Shown here piece by piece: positions 42,008-56,029 of a stretch of DNA of 64,000 bases. Each line of letters opens with the position of its first letter. Position 1 is the first letter of the stretch. The position numbers were made by a program, and so were the translations under genes. Under the pieces are notes generated by a model. It was not told where the DNA came from. It was given only the letters and a program-made list of their open reading frames with translations, and made no database searches. The stretch is from the NCBI RefSeq assembly GCF_009914755.1, contig NC_060927.1; one strand, written 5' to 3'. The DNA is from the human T2T-CHM13v2.0 reference genome, Homo sapiens.

Positions 42008-42330
42008 GCCAGACATGGTGGCTCACGCCTGTAATCCCAGCACTTTGAGGAGGCTGAGACAAGAAATGGATTGCTTGAGGCAAGGAGTTCCAGACCAGCC
42101 TGGGCAACATAGTGAGACTCCATTTCTACAAAAATTTAAATTTTTTTTTTAAAAGTTAGCTGGGTGTGGATATATGTCTATAATCCTAGCTATGTGAGAG
42201 GTTAAGGTGGGAGAATCCCTTGAGCCTAGGAGGTCGGGGCAGCAGTGAGCCCTGATTGTGCCATTGCACTTCAGCCTGGGCAACAGAGCAAGACACTGTC
42301 TGAAAGGAAAAAAAAAAAAGGAAAAGAAAA
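42008..42330 (+). mobile_element. AluJ SINE
   Basis: Alu dimer; TSD aaggataatac on both sides. Confidence 0.9.
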
Positions 42331-45300
42331 AAGGATAATACTGTTTTCAATGGAAGATTAAAAACAGAAAGCATAACCCTTGGGTACACATCATGATGAA
42401 TAGCCCACCATTTCTAAAAGTTGTCATTTTTCTCATCAAGGAAAATAATATTTATTTTTTGTCTCAAGGTGGCTTGCCTCCTCCAGTGTCTTTACCTGGA
42501 CAATTGTCCATTATCAGATTCCTTTATCCATTTCACCTCGTTTCCTAACTTCATTTCTTTATGTACATTGCTCCCACTATATAATCCTTAAAAACTACCT
42601 TCATCAGCCAATTTTCTTACTAAAATAGTTTTGTTTCTCCCATTATTAATAAGATAAATTTCAGATTCCTTAGATGGGTAAGGAAGACCTTGACTGGTCA
42701 GATTCTATACCACAGTTTTCAAACTGGGGCCCACAAAGTTTTAAGATTTCTTGAAGGTTCCTAACATTTTACTCCAACCTAATTGCATTGTGGCTGTTCC
42801 TTGGAGGGACTTGCTTCTGTTATCAATACTCCTAGAAATGTTTCCATCTCCACCCCTACCTTGAAGGCTTCTTCATCTCTCTCACCTGGAGATGATCTTA
42901 CCCTTCTCTGATCTTACTTGGGACTTTTGATATGATCAGTCTCCATTCTAATCTTCTGTAAACCTTTCTCATCTTCCTGACAAAACTATAACCTCCTCCT
43001 CCCCCCAGTGCAACCAAGGGCCTAGCCTCTATCTCAGTATTTTATGCATCTGTCTCAGTGTTTAACATGATTGCCCACAAATTAATAATCATTAGATAAA
43101 CTAAAACAGCATATCAAAAACTGATGACAGTATTTTCCTTTGTTCCAAAGTTGTAGAATACATATAATTACCAAATTCCCTTAATTTGTCTCTTTTCTAT
43201 GCATAGTTACAGTGTTTGATGTCACTTCCTCGGGCATTTGGAAACCTAATCTAATTTCCTTAATAATTTAATCACTGTCTTTTGGAAAAGCAAATTATCT
43301 AAACTTTACATATTAGTGGGGCCAGAAAGACATTTGAACAACAATAATCACAGTGATCTTTAAGCAATGAGCAGAGACAACACAAGAGATAAAGGAAATT
43401 TAAGGCAAAAATATCTAGATGAGAAAAGACAATTAAGAACCTGGAGAGAATGAGCCAGGGACACGGCTGAAGCTACTAGTCCTCCCAGTTTATTTTCACT
43501 TTTATTTTAATATTTGACCATATGATTATCAATATTGTTCCTCAGCAGAAATATATATATTTTAAAATTCCAAGATGGATTTGGATCTTTGTAAGGTTAC
43601 AAGTCATGTAATATCTTCATGTGCTTTCTAAGGCAGAGAATCCATTCCTACCCACAAACCTGAGATGCTTCCAGGTTCATTTTGAAGGCTTTCTAAGGTT
43701 CTGTGTTCATTTTTATATACTTGTATCCTTATGTCCAACTAAACAGTTTTTTAAATTTTCTGTCCCAAGAGCAATCCACTGCTTAAATCCTTGTCTGAAT
43801 TTCTCACTTTGGAGAGTATGGATTCTTTGATTACAGTTATCCTTTGATAATTCTTGACTTATAAATGCTTTCCACTTGCCTGACTTTTCCAATTACTATG
43901 ATATAATTATTTAAGTCGAAGCATTAGAATAGAATCTCTGTACAAGAGTTTGTTCTGAAGAGGAAAGATTTATGAAGATAGTGTGGTGACTAATTTGGAC
44001 ATAATATTCAATTTGGCTGATGTATTTTCAATATGTGGTCAGTCCTAACTCTTGGAATTTTTCTGTTGTTTTTCTTTATCATTTTTCTCTGCTTGGCCTC
44101 TAACTGCCATTTGATTTTGCCTTTGCCCTTTGAACAGGCTTTTGTTCTTAAGAGAGTATAGCATTCCTCAAATTTTCTATATAGAATTTTCTTGCATTCT
44201 GAACAGCAACATTTTTCAAAGTTAGACAAACTTACTTTGAATTTTATTGCTGCAGTCATTCCTTATAAGAGCTGTAGGTATTAATTAGCATAATATTCCA
44301 TTTTTGTCATCCACTTCATTAGAAGGATGGTAAGAACAGACACCAAGTACTTTTTCCTGGATCAACTTTATATCACTTGTCCTTGTTGGACATTAAGGGT
44401 ATTCCATAATGATGCCAACATTTAACCCATTTATTGATCCACCTAGTGATATCCTTGGGCCCCCCAAAATTGTCATCTGGGTAATGGAGTCTGGTTTGGA
44501 CTAAGATTTAGTCTCTTGAGATGGGCTGGGCCTTGGAATGAACAAAGTGAACCCACAGTTGATGGCTGGGAGTAAAGAGAATCCAGTCTGATGAACTCCA
44601 GGCAAGACAGACTGGGAAACCACAGAGACCCAACCAAACGCTCAAAAGTGACAAGCCAGCCTAGGACATCAGGCAAATCTGATTAGAATCCAAGAAGAGT
44701 AAATACATCTTTAAATGATTCCCTGTACAAAGAGTGTTCATTGAGCCCATTTAAAATAATGAACTAAATAATTAATAACCAGGGATGTGGTCTCAAGGCT
44801 CAAGGTTTCTTCTTAAAGTCTGCTTTCTTTTTAAAATGGAAATAACTGCAAATGTACACTTCTTTTTATAATTCTGTTCCCTTTATTTTGACTCAAGCCT
44901 CAGTATCCCTAATTCTGAATCAAAATCTGATCCAGAAATATAATCTTTAAGGGCAAACTATCCAGCAGAAGATAATCTTTGCTAACAGAGTAATCTGCAA
45001 GATTATCACACATTTTATGTTCCTTTTCCTGTTAAAATAGAATTAAATGCATGAAGCTAGAGCTTTTTGAACAAACAAATAATCAGTTGCTATCACGAGT
45101 CCTTTTGCCTTTAAAATATCACATTATCACTTTTCAGTGTTTTTAAAACAATAAAATTATATATATAATGTAAGAAGATGAAATTAATCAATGCGTAGGT
45201 ATGTCACCAACTCAGATTACTGAATTTGAGGACTATCATTTATAGAGCTCTCTGAAAGATTTCTGGATTAGATCCTATACAAATGATATAAGAAGGTGTA

Positions 45301-46043
45301 CTACTGCTTTGAAAGTATGTTTTCTGCTACAGAATGGAATCTCTGTTGTTCAGTATACTCAGTTAAAAAATTTAAATAGCCATTCTAATGACCAATATAT
45401 ACCATCAAATATTGCACATTAAAAGAATTCTTTTTGGAACTTTTCGGCCTTGATATGAAAATACACATGGTATAAATCAACACTAGTCTAAGGTATCAAA
45501 GGTAAAGGTAAATAAACCAAGAAGAAAATTCCATATTTGTAACATAGGTTCTCCCAGGAGAAGGTTACAGCTAACACCACAAGGCATGCGAATTCAAGGA
45601 TTTATGAGATCTTAGATCTCACCAAAATTTAGGTATGAAAAATAACACTCAGTGTTACAAAATGCATTAAATTTTATCTTTGTTTCATGCCAGGTCATTA
45701 AAAAGGGTGCTTATCTTGACCAAATTATTTTTATACCTGCTTTTTCTAACTGAGACCTTGGCTGGCATTGAGAAATCGTGTAAGGATAAACATGTGAATA
45801 ACAGTTGCTAGTAGGTGGTGTGTTACGGATATTCTTGGTTCCTCTGGGGGTTACAATATGCATCCTTAATATAGTTCACATAGCAAAAATGTTGCTCCAC
45901 TTCATGTTATGGGTAATAGGTTTATAACTATATAATTTCATTTACATGCTCTCTCCTTTGTACTATTATTTTCATATATTTCACATCTACACATGTTATA
46001 ATCCCGCAAGCATTGTAAGTGTGTGTATATATACACAGGCTTA

Positions 46044-46417
46044 CAGGCATATCTTATATTATTGCATTTTGCTGTATTGTGCTTTGCAGATATTGCATTT
46101 GTTTCCTACAAATTGAAGGTTTGTGTCAACCTTGCATTAGTCAAGTCTACTGGCATCATTTTTTTCCAACAATATATGTTCACTTCAGGTGTCAGTAATT
46201 TTTACCAATAAAGTATTTTTAATTAAGATAAGTACAATTTTTTTAGACATAATGCTATTGTACACTTAATAGACTACAATATAGAGTAAACATAACTTTT
46301 ATACAAACTGTTTTTTTGTCTAACCAAAAAATAGGTGTGACTTACTTTATTGTGATATTCACTCTGTTGCAGCAGTCTGGAACTAAACCTGCAATATCTT
46401 CAAAATATGTGTATCTG
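46044..46417 (+). mobile_element. Internally deleted Tigger1 DNA transposon nested in L1M
   Basis: 5' end ta|caggcatat...tacaaattgaaggtttgtg and 3' end ttagacataatgctattg...gcaatatctt...tg|ta. Confidence 0.8.
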
Positions 46418-47287
46418 TATGTATATATATATGTATGTATATATGTATATATATATATGGATATACACGCGTGTATAGAAACACACTGTTCACTTAGCTG
46501 TCTTAAAAAATAAATTAGGAGGAAAAAAATTCGTTTAATGTTTACTTTCTAAGTTACCATTTCTGGTTTTCTTCATTACATCTAGTAGACCTGAATTTTC
46601 ATCTCATATCATTCCTCTTTAGCCTAAAGAATTTTCAGCACTTCTTGAAATGTGGATATCCTGGTGACAAACCCTCTTAAGCTTTCATTTGTCTAAAAAT
46701 GTCTTTAGTTCACTATCATCTGTGAAGGATATTTATGCTGAATATAGAATTCTTTATTGACAGGTTTTTTTTGTTCTCTCTCTTTCTCTTTTTAAAAAAC
46801 ATTATTCTTATCATTGTTCCTCTATATCTAATGTGTCTTTTTCTCCTCTCTGGCCTCTTTCACTGTTTTTTCTTTTTCTTTCTTTCAGGAATTTGACTAG
46901 GATGTACTTAGATGTAATTTTCTCTGTATTTTTAGTCTACTTGGGTTTTGCTGAGATTCTGGGTTTGGTAAGTTGATGTTTTTCACCAAATTTAGAACAC
47001 TTGGCCCATCATTTTTTCAGATATTGTTTTTCTGTCCCATTCTCTGTATTTCTCCCTCTAGGATTCCAATTACACATATATTAGACCACTTGATATTTTT
47101 ACACAGTTCATAGAGGCTTTGATCATTTTTTTCCCCAGTCCCTTTTCTCTGTTCTTCAGTTTGAATAATACCTATAGATTTGTCTTCAAGGTCACTAACC
47201 CTTTCTTTTGCAGTTGCCAATCTACCATTAAGGCAACCTGGCATAGTTTTCATTTTAAATACACTTTCAGTGTGAGAATTAACATTT

Positions 47288-47320
47288 TGTGTGTGTGTGT
47301 GTGTGTGAGTGTGTGTGTGT
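47288..47320. repeat. (TG)n microsatellite
   Basis: Seen directly. Confidence 0.9.
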
Positions 47321-49714
47321 AGTTCTTACTTCTTAGATGATACTACCTATCTCCCATACATGATCACTATCTTTTCCTTTAATTCCTTGGTCTTATTTAT
47401 TATACCTAGTTTAAAGTCACTTTCTGGCAACTCCAACATCTGGGTCTTCTATTGACTGCTTGTTTTCTTGTTAGTGGGTTACATTTTCTTGATTCTTCAA
47501 ACATCTAATATTTTTAGTTGTATGCTAGACATTGTGAATGATACATGGTAGAGAGTCTGGACAATGCTGTGTTCTTTTTAGAGGGTGTTGAATTTTGTCA
47601 TAGCAAGTAGTTAAATTACTGGTATAACCTTTTGATTCTTCCAGGTTTTATTTTATTTTTTCTGATAATGGGTCATTTTCAGTCTTTTTGCTTAGTCTTA
47701 GGATGTAGTTCATGCTTTAGGACCTGGTAATTGTGTCCAAGGCATGTTATTTTTTAGGTGTCAAATAAATGCCCAAAGTGCATAAGGAAATATCTCCTCT
47801 TTGGTTGAGCCAGAGTGTCTGCTAGTACTGTATTAACTGTGATACCTATGTTCAGTGCTCAGTCTCACAAAAGCTACTTTTTGCCAGATTTATTCAAGTC
47901 TCATCCTTTGTATGCACAGCTGAGCCCTTAGCCAAGACTATCTGTGGTGAACCCTGTCTCTTCTCTACATTATAGAGTCCCCTCTTCTCCATAACCCTAC
48001 ACTGCAAATTCCAGCCACTTCAACAACCCAAACTCTTGTCTTTGCTGCCTTAGCTCAGCAAGTCTGCCACTAAATTTGGGTTTCACCTTCCTGCACTATA
48101 TTAGGAAAAGGACAGTGAAGTCGAGAGCTGGAGCAAACATGTAGCTCATCTTTTGTGTTTCCCTACTCTTAAGAATCAGTCTTGTTCTGCCTGTAGTCTT
48201 AGGCTTGAAAATAGCTTCTTCATATATTTTGTCTGGTTTTATAACTATGTATGAATAATGCAAGTCCAGTGTATTCTATCATGACCAAAAGCAGAAGAAA
48301 TTTTTGAAATTCTTTTACTCCTATCTTTCCAATCAATCACACAGTAGAGATAGTCTTCTCTCTCTGTCCTCCTGTGACGGGCAGACACAGCCTAGAACAA
48401 AGAGTGGCTAAGCTTTGAGATTCAAATTTCACTTTATTTTAAGTTTTAGAAGGATAGTAGTTTTTAATGTAAGTCTTTTTTATGATAAGTACCAAAGACT
48501 TGAGATTCCATTTAAGCCATAAATCATATGATAGGTAAGAATACAAATTTGCTTAAAAGTATTCTTTGAGCTAACCATCCCATTAAATTAAATTTTTACA
48601 AGTCAGTGGGAAGGAAATTTGGAAGGGATGTGTGACTATGGTTTAGATACTGGATGTTTATTTAAAAAAAGATTTGGTATATTATTGCCTCAGTTAATCC
48701 TGGAAAAAATTGGGACACTAAAATCCCCAGATAATCTGGGAAAATACTAGAACAGAATAGACTGTTGTCGAGTTTCCTAGAAATACATTAGTAAATTTCA
48801 AGACTTATAGAAAATTTCTGCATCCAACATGGTGTCCGAGTACCAGTGGTAGATGGAGGCATCTAGATGGAAAGATTTGAGATCCATATATTGTAAGGAC
48901 ACATGTAGAGAATCCCAAACTTCCTTCAAGCTTGAGAGAAGTGCTGAGGACCAGCAAACAGGAATAGGGGTCCTGATGATTATTAGAGATGCCATTAGTG
49001 GATACTACAGACATGATATAAGCTGTAGGCAATGCAAGGTTTTAGACATTGGGAGAAGAAGCAGTGGGAAAAGGGATCATTGCAAAGGCTAGCAGAAAGT
49101 GCTCTACTTAAGTGAAGACCACCAGCAATGACAGTGGGTTACCATGTAGTAGGTGTGCTACCCAGGAGCAAAGCAAGGGAGGAATTATTTTGCTCCAAAA
49201 CCCTCTTTTTTAAGCTAGAAAAGACTGAGAGATTGGATTTGCAAGTTTGTTTTCTACCATCAGCAGAAATGTGGGGTCAAATGCTAAATTAAAATCAGTT
49301 ATGGAAAAATAATGGCATCGTATATTTTGTTGATCTGAACACATAGCCTTACTCTATACTTTCATTTCAAGTCCCCTCTTTTCTCCAAAGACCTGCATTA
49401 TGAGCTTGCCAATTTAGTCAGCACCTAAACAACCTTATTTAGAATTGATTTCTTCTTAGAAGAGGACCATCATTACTGACAGAGGTTGTTCAGCACCACC
49501 AGGCCACCATGTTCCTTCCCCACTACAGACTGTGTCCGAAATGGGTCATTCAAGCTGGCCAATCCAATCCTCTCCCAAAATTTGGAATTGGGATGCAATC
49601 CATTAGCATTTACCTACTTAGGTTAACTGTAGGGTCTAAGTCAGCTAGGGCGGCCTGTTTGGAATGCGAGAAAATAGACAAATTTTGCATGTGAGGGAAA
49701 GCAAAGTAGGCAAC

Positions 49715-50390
49715 TTCATTGTGTCAGTTTCCTTATCTGTAAAGTGGACATAATAATGGCATCTACTTCAGAGTTGTTGGGGAGGGAGGCAGTGTTAAAC
49801 AAGTTAATGAAAGTAAAGAGCTTGGAAAAAAACCTGGGCAAGTCAGAAACACCCAGTAAAGGCTTAGCAATTATGTTTATTATGAGTGATTTTTGATTTT
49901 GCAACTTTATTGAAGTATAATTGGAGTAGAAATGACACAGGATCCAGGCTAATAAATGACACAAGGCATATGCTTTGATCAGTTTTGACATATCTATACA
50001 TTCACAAAATGATCACTATAATCAAGATAAACATCTGCATCACCCCAACATTTCCTCAACCCTTTGTAATCCAGCCCTCCCTCCATCCCCATTCCCAGGC
50101 AAACACTAATCTTTTTGTCTTTTCCTATGAATTCAATTGCATTTTCTAGATTGAATATAAATGGAATTATACAGTATGTATTCTTTTTGCCTAAATTATT
50201 TTATTCAGCACAATGATCTGGAGATTCATCCACACTGTTGTGTGAATCAATATTCACTTATTTTTATTGTATTCCATTGTGCTAATATACTACAATTTTG
50301 TCATCCATTCCCGTTAATGGATATTTGGGTGGTTTCCAATTGCGACCATTACAAATGAAGCTTTATGAACATTTGTGTATAAGTTTGTAA
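49715..50390. mobile_element. MIR (plus strand) followed by an L1M 3' fragment (minus strand)
   Basis: gtcagtttccttatctgtaaagtgg; aatggaattatacagtatgtattc and gatatttgggtggtttcc. Confidence 0.7.
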
Positions 50391-52489
50391 TTTTATGTTT
50401 TTATGGTTTTCGTATTTTCAAATTAAAAATTTTGAAGAGAAAAATTCCCAAAATAAATAAAACTGTCATTAGAAAATGCAATTGAAAAAATACTCTTCAT
50501 TACCCTATAAAATTAATTTTATCCTAGAGGATCAACTTTACCTTTAAAAAACTAGCTGACATCCAGATAGAGTTTTTTTAGTATTTGATTACTATAAGGC
50601 CTTCGCTTAACTAAAATATGCTAGAAAACTCTCTAAAGGGAAAAAAAATGACATAAAATTAGAGACAGTAGACCAGATACTATTTCTTACCCTCCCAAAA
50701 TTGTAGCGTAGAGATGAAAGAATATATCATCTTCTTGTAAATGTGAAGTATTACTTTGTTAAAGATATTGAGCTTTTAGTACATTTGCAAGCTCAATTTA
50801 TTTTATTTTACAAACAAATTACAGAAATAACAGCATAGTTTTCTCACTAAAAACCTAGGAGTTTTGGAATATTTGGATGATAGTGACTGCAGCAATATAA
50901 AATATTGCTTATCCTTCAAAAATTTGCTTTACTAAGTTTATATTAGAAATTACTTTAAAATTATTTACTAATAAGAAAACATTGATTTATTGGATCCTCA
51001 CAGTACAGTACCTTTTGCTAAATTCTTAACAATTTTGTGAAATAATTATGTAAACTAATAGATATTATTGACCGAGGTATGATTATGCTTAAGGCAAAGT
51101 CCTCTTTAACCAATACAATATGTCAGTTAAATTTATCCTAAATCTTAGCATCTGTCTTTCTCTTGAGGGAAGGGGCATCATTTGTCTACATGTAGTCATT
51201 TTCCTCTTCATCTCCTAATTGTCAAGTTCTTTGTCATCTTGACTGTGTCTTTGCTTTTGTAGTTCCAAGATCTCCTCCCCAAATAGGACAGACAACCATG
51301 CTTTCTTTCGTCCAGTACTTGATCTTCTACCAACATCCGCGAAAAGTACATTTTTTTGTAACCCAGGAGGGAAAGAAAAAAATGTTATCTTGATCAGTCT
51401 TTTCTCTAGACCACCTCTCATGGGTCAGTCTTAAAGCAGGATATTTAAATAGATTGAACTTCAAATATATTCTCAGTATAACAGGACTTTTGGATCCAAA
51501 AAGAAATTCTAACATTTGATCAGCTATTCACAAATGATGTCTTTGTATCCTTTAAAGAACTATAAAGCAAATAAAAAATTGTAAGCAGTTTTATTTGATC
51601 TTATCTGAGATAAAATAATTCTTTGAAGAGCCATAGAGACTAATTAGAAAAGAATATCAGTGTGTCCCTAAATTATAAAATTAGTAAAGTTAAAACCACA
51701 CAGGACCTACACAGGTAATGCTACAGTAATCTAAGAATACACAGTTGTTAATGTTATACAAATTCTAAGGGGAAAAATGAGATTTCTGGAGAAGTCGTGA
51801 GAAAATTTTAGGGAGCAAAGATTAAGAAAAAGAAGACAGTGGTTGAATTTGGGGGAAGGATAAGTGGAGATGATAAAAGAAATTTCTCATTCCACAAATT
51901 AGATTGAAAATGGCATCTCTTTACTTCTCAGATAAATAAAAAGTACAAAGCTCTTTCTCTTGAATTGTGAATCTCCTCTAAAATGCACAGGACGTAAGAA
52001 GAAGAAAAAGAAAAGCTGTCCTTTCTCTCATTAATCTTGTTTGAAGTTAAGGAAAATATAAAATTAATCCGAGATTTTTTGTCATTATGAAAGGTAAAAT
52101 GAATGTGTTCATTTCGTACTAAGTGGCAGGCCTTAGTGATCCCAAGTTCATACCATTCAAAGGAAAATTTTCTACATTGCCAGCTCATTTCTCCGAATTG
52201 TCAACTTCTCTGAGTTAGTATGGTGACACCAGGATGTTTTCTTACATCACTGTATGCTTCCTCTTTGCAAACCTTACCTAAGTGGGAGAGTTGCAATGGT
52301 TGCCTGATCCATGTTGTAAGCTGGTACATGCAGCCATGCAGGCTGCGCACTGCAGAACTCCAGGGTGTGTGAGATGGCTTTGAAACATGGCAACTTGGCA
52401 AGGCTGCACTGTTTCCTAGAATTTCTTTCCTTGTATATTTCCAGCTAGGGAGGGCCACAAAATATATTTTTGTGGGAGATTTGAAAGAC

Positions 52490-52980
52490 AAATGTGACAG
52501 CTGCTATATTGTTTTATTACATTGGGAAGAAGATTGGGGCAGCCCTTTCTGTAGCTCCTTCACCTTGTTCCTTTTCTGCTGGCATACCTTATTGTTGTGA
52601 GGCCACAGTTCATCTGCAACTGCCCATTTTCCTCCTGGAGTCTGCTTCAGCTTCTCCATCTCTTGAGCTCACCTGGAGATAAGCTATCTTCAGGATGAAG
52701 GGCACCAGCTTCTCCTGCAGGATGCCTACTTCATAAGGGCTGGAGGCAGGGAGAACTGACACAGCTCCAGTCCAAACTCATGGGTTCTACCTCAGGCTCA
52801 TGGATTCCAGTCTGTCCATGCCATCCTCCACTTTACATTCATTCGTCCCTTCCTGACCCCCTTCTTTGGCAGCTTGAAGCCCCAGAATCAGAAAGAAAGA
52901 TGACAGCCCTACAGGGACTGTTTAACCAGCTCCCCAAATTGTGTAAGTTCAAATCCCTGTAACAGACCCCTTTACATCTC

Positions 52981-53018
<38 letters not shown>

Positions 53019-53090
53019 ATCTATCTATCTATCTATCCACACACACAGAAAGAGAGAGAGAGAGATCTCCCAGTGGTTGTATGACTGATA
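52490..53090 (+). mobile_element. Old ERVL-type LTR fragment
   Basis: ttgtgtaagttcaaatccctgtaac...cccagtggttg resembles ERVL LTR 3' ends; family unresolved. Confidence 0.4.
52981..53036. repeat. Compound (TCTA)n tetranucleotide STR
   Basis: (TCTA)9 TCA (TCTA)4. Confidence 0.9.
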
Positions 53091-55069
53091 GAGTGCCCAT
53101 TCACATTGCAGTTCATACAAGTGGCACCACCCACTTGAAAGTTATGCACTGCCTGGGAATCAGATCAGCGGCCTTGAAGGTCTGTATTACCATAGCTTAA
53201 CTAGCCTGAAGACCAGAATCTTTAATTTCTTGTTTGTCATTCTAGTCATAGGTGAGAAATTTAACTCCGTGGTCAAATATATTTGAGAAACACTGAAATC
53301 ATCCCCTCCCCCTGCACTGCGATCCTAATACATATTCACATAGTAAAGGCTTTTGTAAAGCTATGCACTAAAGTAATCTGTTCAGTCCTGCTTTCATCAA
53401 ACTTATTTGACTATTTCTAGGTGCTGTCGAAGTACAGAGTTAATGTAACTTAAAATTCCCATTTAGTCAGTCAAAAATTGAATGCAACCCTTTTATTGTG
53501 ATGTGATAATAAGCATGTGATGAAAAACAATTCTTGCTGATGTGCAGTGTAATTCATTCCAGTACTTTTCAGAAGATCGAACAAGAGAAAGGCCAGTGGC
53601 AGAAACTGCGTCCTGACATAACAAAAGCACAGCGTAATGCATCATGATATATAAACAGGTGATAGAGGAAATATTTCTCCTCTCCTCTCTCCATTCCTTT
53701 TCTTTCTTCTCCATCATGAGTTGGAAGGTGAATATGTAAATGGCCAAAAAAAAAAAAAAAGAAGTGATACGATTAGGAAAAAAAGGCATTGGATATTGAA
53801 AGCTGGAACCAGGTTAGCCTTGAGTGAAATGCAGGAAAACTGGGCTTAGAGTGGTTCTTAACTCCGGTGTTTACATGCAAATGAGATAGTTCCATATGTT
53901 AGTTGTGGAAGGGACGATTCTGGCAAAATTGTAAAATAAGGTGATTTTTGATGCTCTTGGTTTCTCTTGGTGATGCAAGCAGTGATTCTCAGAAAGAGAA
54001 CTTTATGTTGCATAGTAACTGGGAAACATTACTGGTATATTTGGTAAAGGAACCTGGGGCATTAACCATTCTGTTATGCAGGAAACATCCTGCACAATAA
54101 AGAACTGACCTGCCCCAAGTGAGTTGCTTCTCTGTTGAGATACACTGTAAGTATGTACGTGTATTTCATTTTCTGTTCCAGTCACCTCACCCATGCGGGC
54201 TGTGAGTGTCTCAACTAAGTGTGGATCTGATTAGCTGACAAAAGTTACTGCAGAAAGATTGGATAAGGCTCAACTTTCAAGTGTTCATTTACATTTCAAA
54301 AGAGGAAATAATCAACTCAAAAGCATCTCTAATTGTGCTGTGAGAGAGGAAAATATATTAAAACATTTTATTAGAACAGTAATGTAGTCCCTTATATGGT
54401 GAGAAATTTTGAGACATTTACTTCCTTTGCCATTTGCTCATTTCAAATTCTACTATTACTCTATCTGTCCCTCCACCTACAACACCCTCTTTCAAAGGAA
54501 TAAAATATGTGTGGCTAATACTGCACCTGCATAACATCAACCTTTACCCTTTATAAACAGATGTTTATAAAAACAAAGGGCCAGTCCTTGAAGAAAACTG
54601 GTAGGTATATCAGATTGTAAATCACATCTCTGTTAGAATAAAGGAAGTCTTGTCTGAACTACCAGGCTACCATTGCCACCCAGCATAGCCTGGATAGCCC
54701 TAACATAACTGATAAACCCCTTCTAGATCTAGACACCTTTTCTCGGATGAACTGTGTTTCTTCACGTATTTACAATCCAGTTGATTGTTACAACTTTATT
54801 TTATCTCATCTTTCACTCTTTGTTTCCTAGAACCGCTCTCAGAACTCTAGTAAAATTGATTTTATTTCAGTCAAAGCCTGATCTTGAGATCGGCATAACT
54901 GCTGAGTATTTCTGACTTTGGGGAATTTCTATTCTCATTTTTAATGTGCTCTCTTTCCTCCCTCCTTCCCTCCCTTTCTCCTTTCCTTCCTCTTTCCCTT
55001 CCTTCTGCCATTCTTTCTGTCTTCCTTATTTACTCTCAGAGTGTAACAATTGCAAATTGGTGCAGATTC

Positions 55070-55310
55070 TTAATATAGGCTGCAAATGATGGGTTTGACA
55101 TTCCAGCTATGCCACTTATTAATTGTCTGATTTTGGGGGCAAGTTATTCAACCATTCTGTGCTGTACTTTTCCAATCTATTAAATGGGAATTAATAATAA
55201 CATCCATCTCATAGTATTATTGTAGGAGTAAATGAATACTAAATGTTAAGTGGTTAAAACAATTGCTAGGACAAAGTAAATATTTAAGTGTGGGCAGTTA
55301 TTATTGTTGT
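55070..55310 (+). mobile_element. MIR SINE
   Basis: ggcaagttattcaaccattctgtg...aaatgggaattaataataac. Confidence 0.7.
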
Positions 55311-55689
55311 TGTGCAGCCTTCTTTCCCAGTCTGTGGCAGTGAACTTTCATTTTGACTTAACAGCTCTGAGGTCCATAGCCCTCGGCATGAATTTCAGTC
55401 CAGTGGCCATCTCTTATATTCTGAGCAGACACTTGGAATAGCTAAAGAATATTACGAGAGTTTTTATCCTTCCATGTAGGCTTCCTCCCTTTTTCCCCAA
55501 ATTTTGAATATATTTTTCTCTCTTATATGATTACCTTTCCTTTATTTTTGTTATTCAATTACCCCATAAATAGATATTCTATGGACATGAGAATTACATG
55601 ATGATAGCAAGACAGTCATGGATAAGGTTTTATGCCTTTCAGGCATCATTGTACATATTTGATGATGATGGTGATGATAATGATAATAT

Positions 55690-55985
55690 ATATATATTTT
55701 TTGAGACAGAGTCACGCTTTGTCACTCATGCTGGAGTGCAGTGGTGCAATCTTGTTTCACTGCAGTCTCTGCCTTCTGGGTTTAAGAGATTCTGCTGCCT
55801 AAGCCTCCTGAGTAGCTAGGCTGACAGGCATGTGCCACCACACCTGGCTAATCTTTGATTTTCAGTAGAGATGGGGTTTCGCCATGTTGACCAGGCTGGT
55901 CTCGAACTCTTCACCTCAAGTGATCCAACCACTTTGGCCTCCCAGAGTGCTGGGATTACAGGAGTGAGCCACTGTGTCCAGCTGG
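55690..55985 (-). mobile_element. AluS SINE
   Basis: Antisense Alu dimer within a (GAT)n context. Confidence 0.92.
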
Positions 55986-56029
55986 ATGATGATAATAATT
56001 AATACTAATATTCACATCTATCAAATATG

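Larger units (their letters stand above)
45810..48300 (-). mobile_element. Old L1M 5'/ORF1-region fragment
   Basis: ORF1-like remnant (ERVSDLEDKSIGIIQTEEQR...KWSNICVIGILEGE) at 47017-47253. Confidence 0.8.

Noticed and set aside
49489-49510. REST/RE1-like sequence ttcagcaccac
   Set aside because: Only the left half-site is present, GGACAG is missing, and it lies in probable LTR sequence
51215-51561. Minus-strand acceptor at 51559 and short ORFs 51215-51515
   Set aside because: Early stops after the acceptor, no partner exon and no recognisable product
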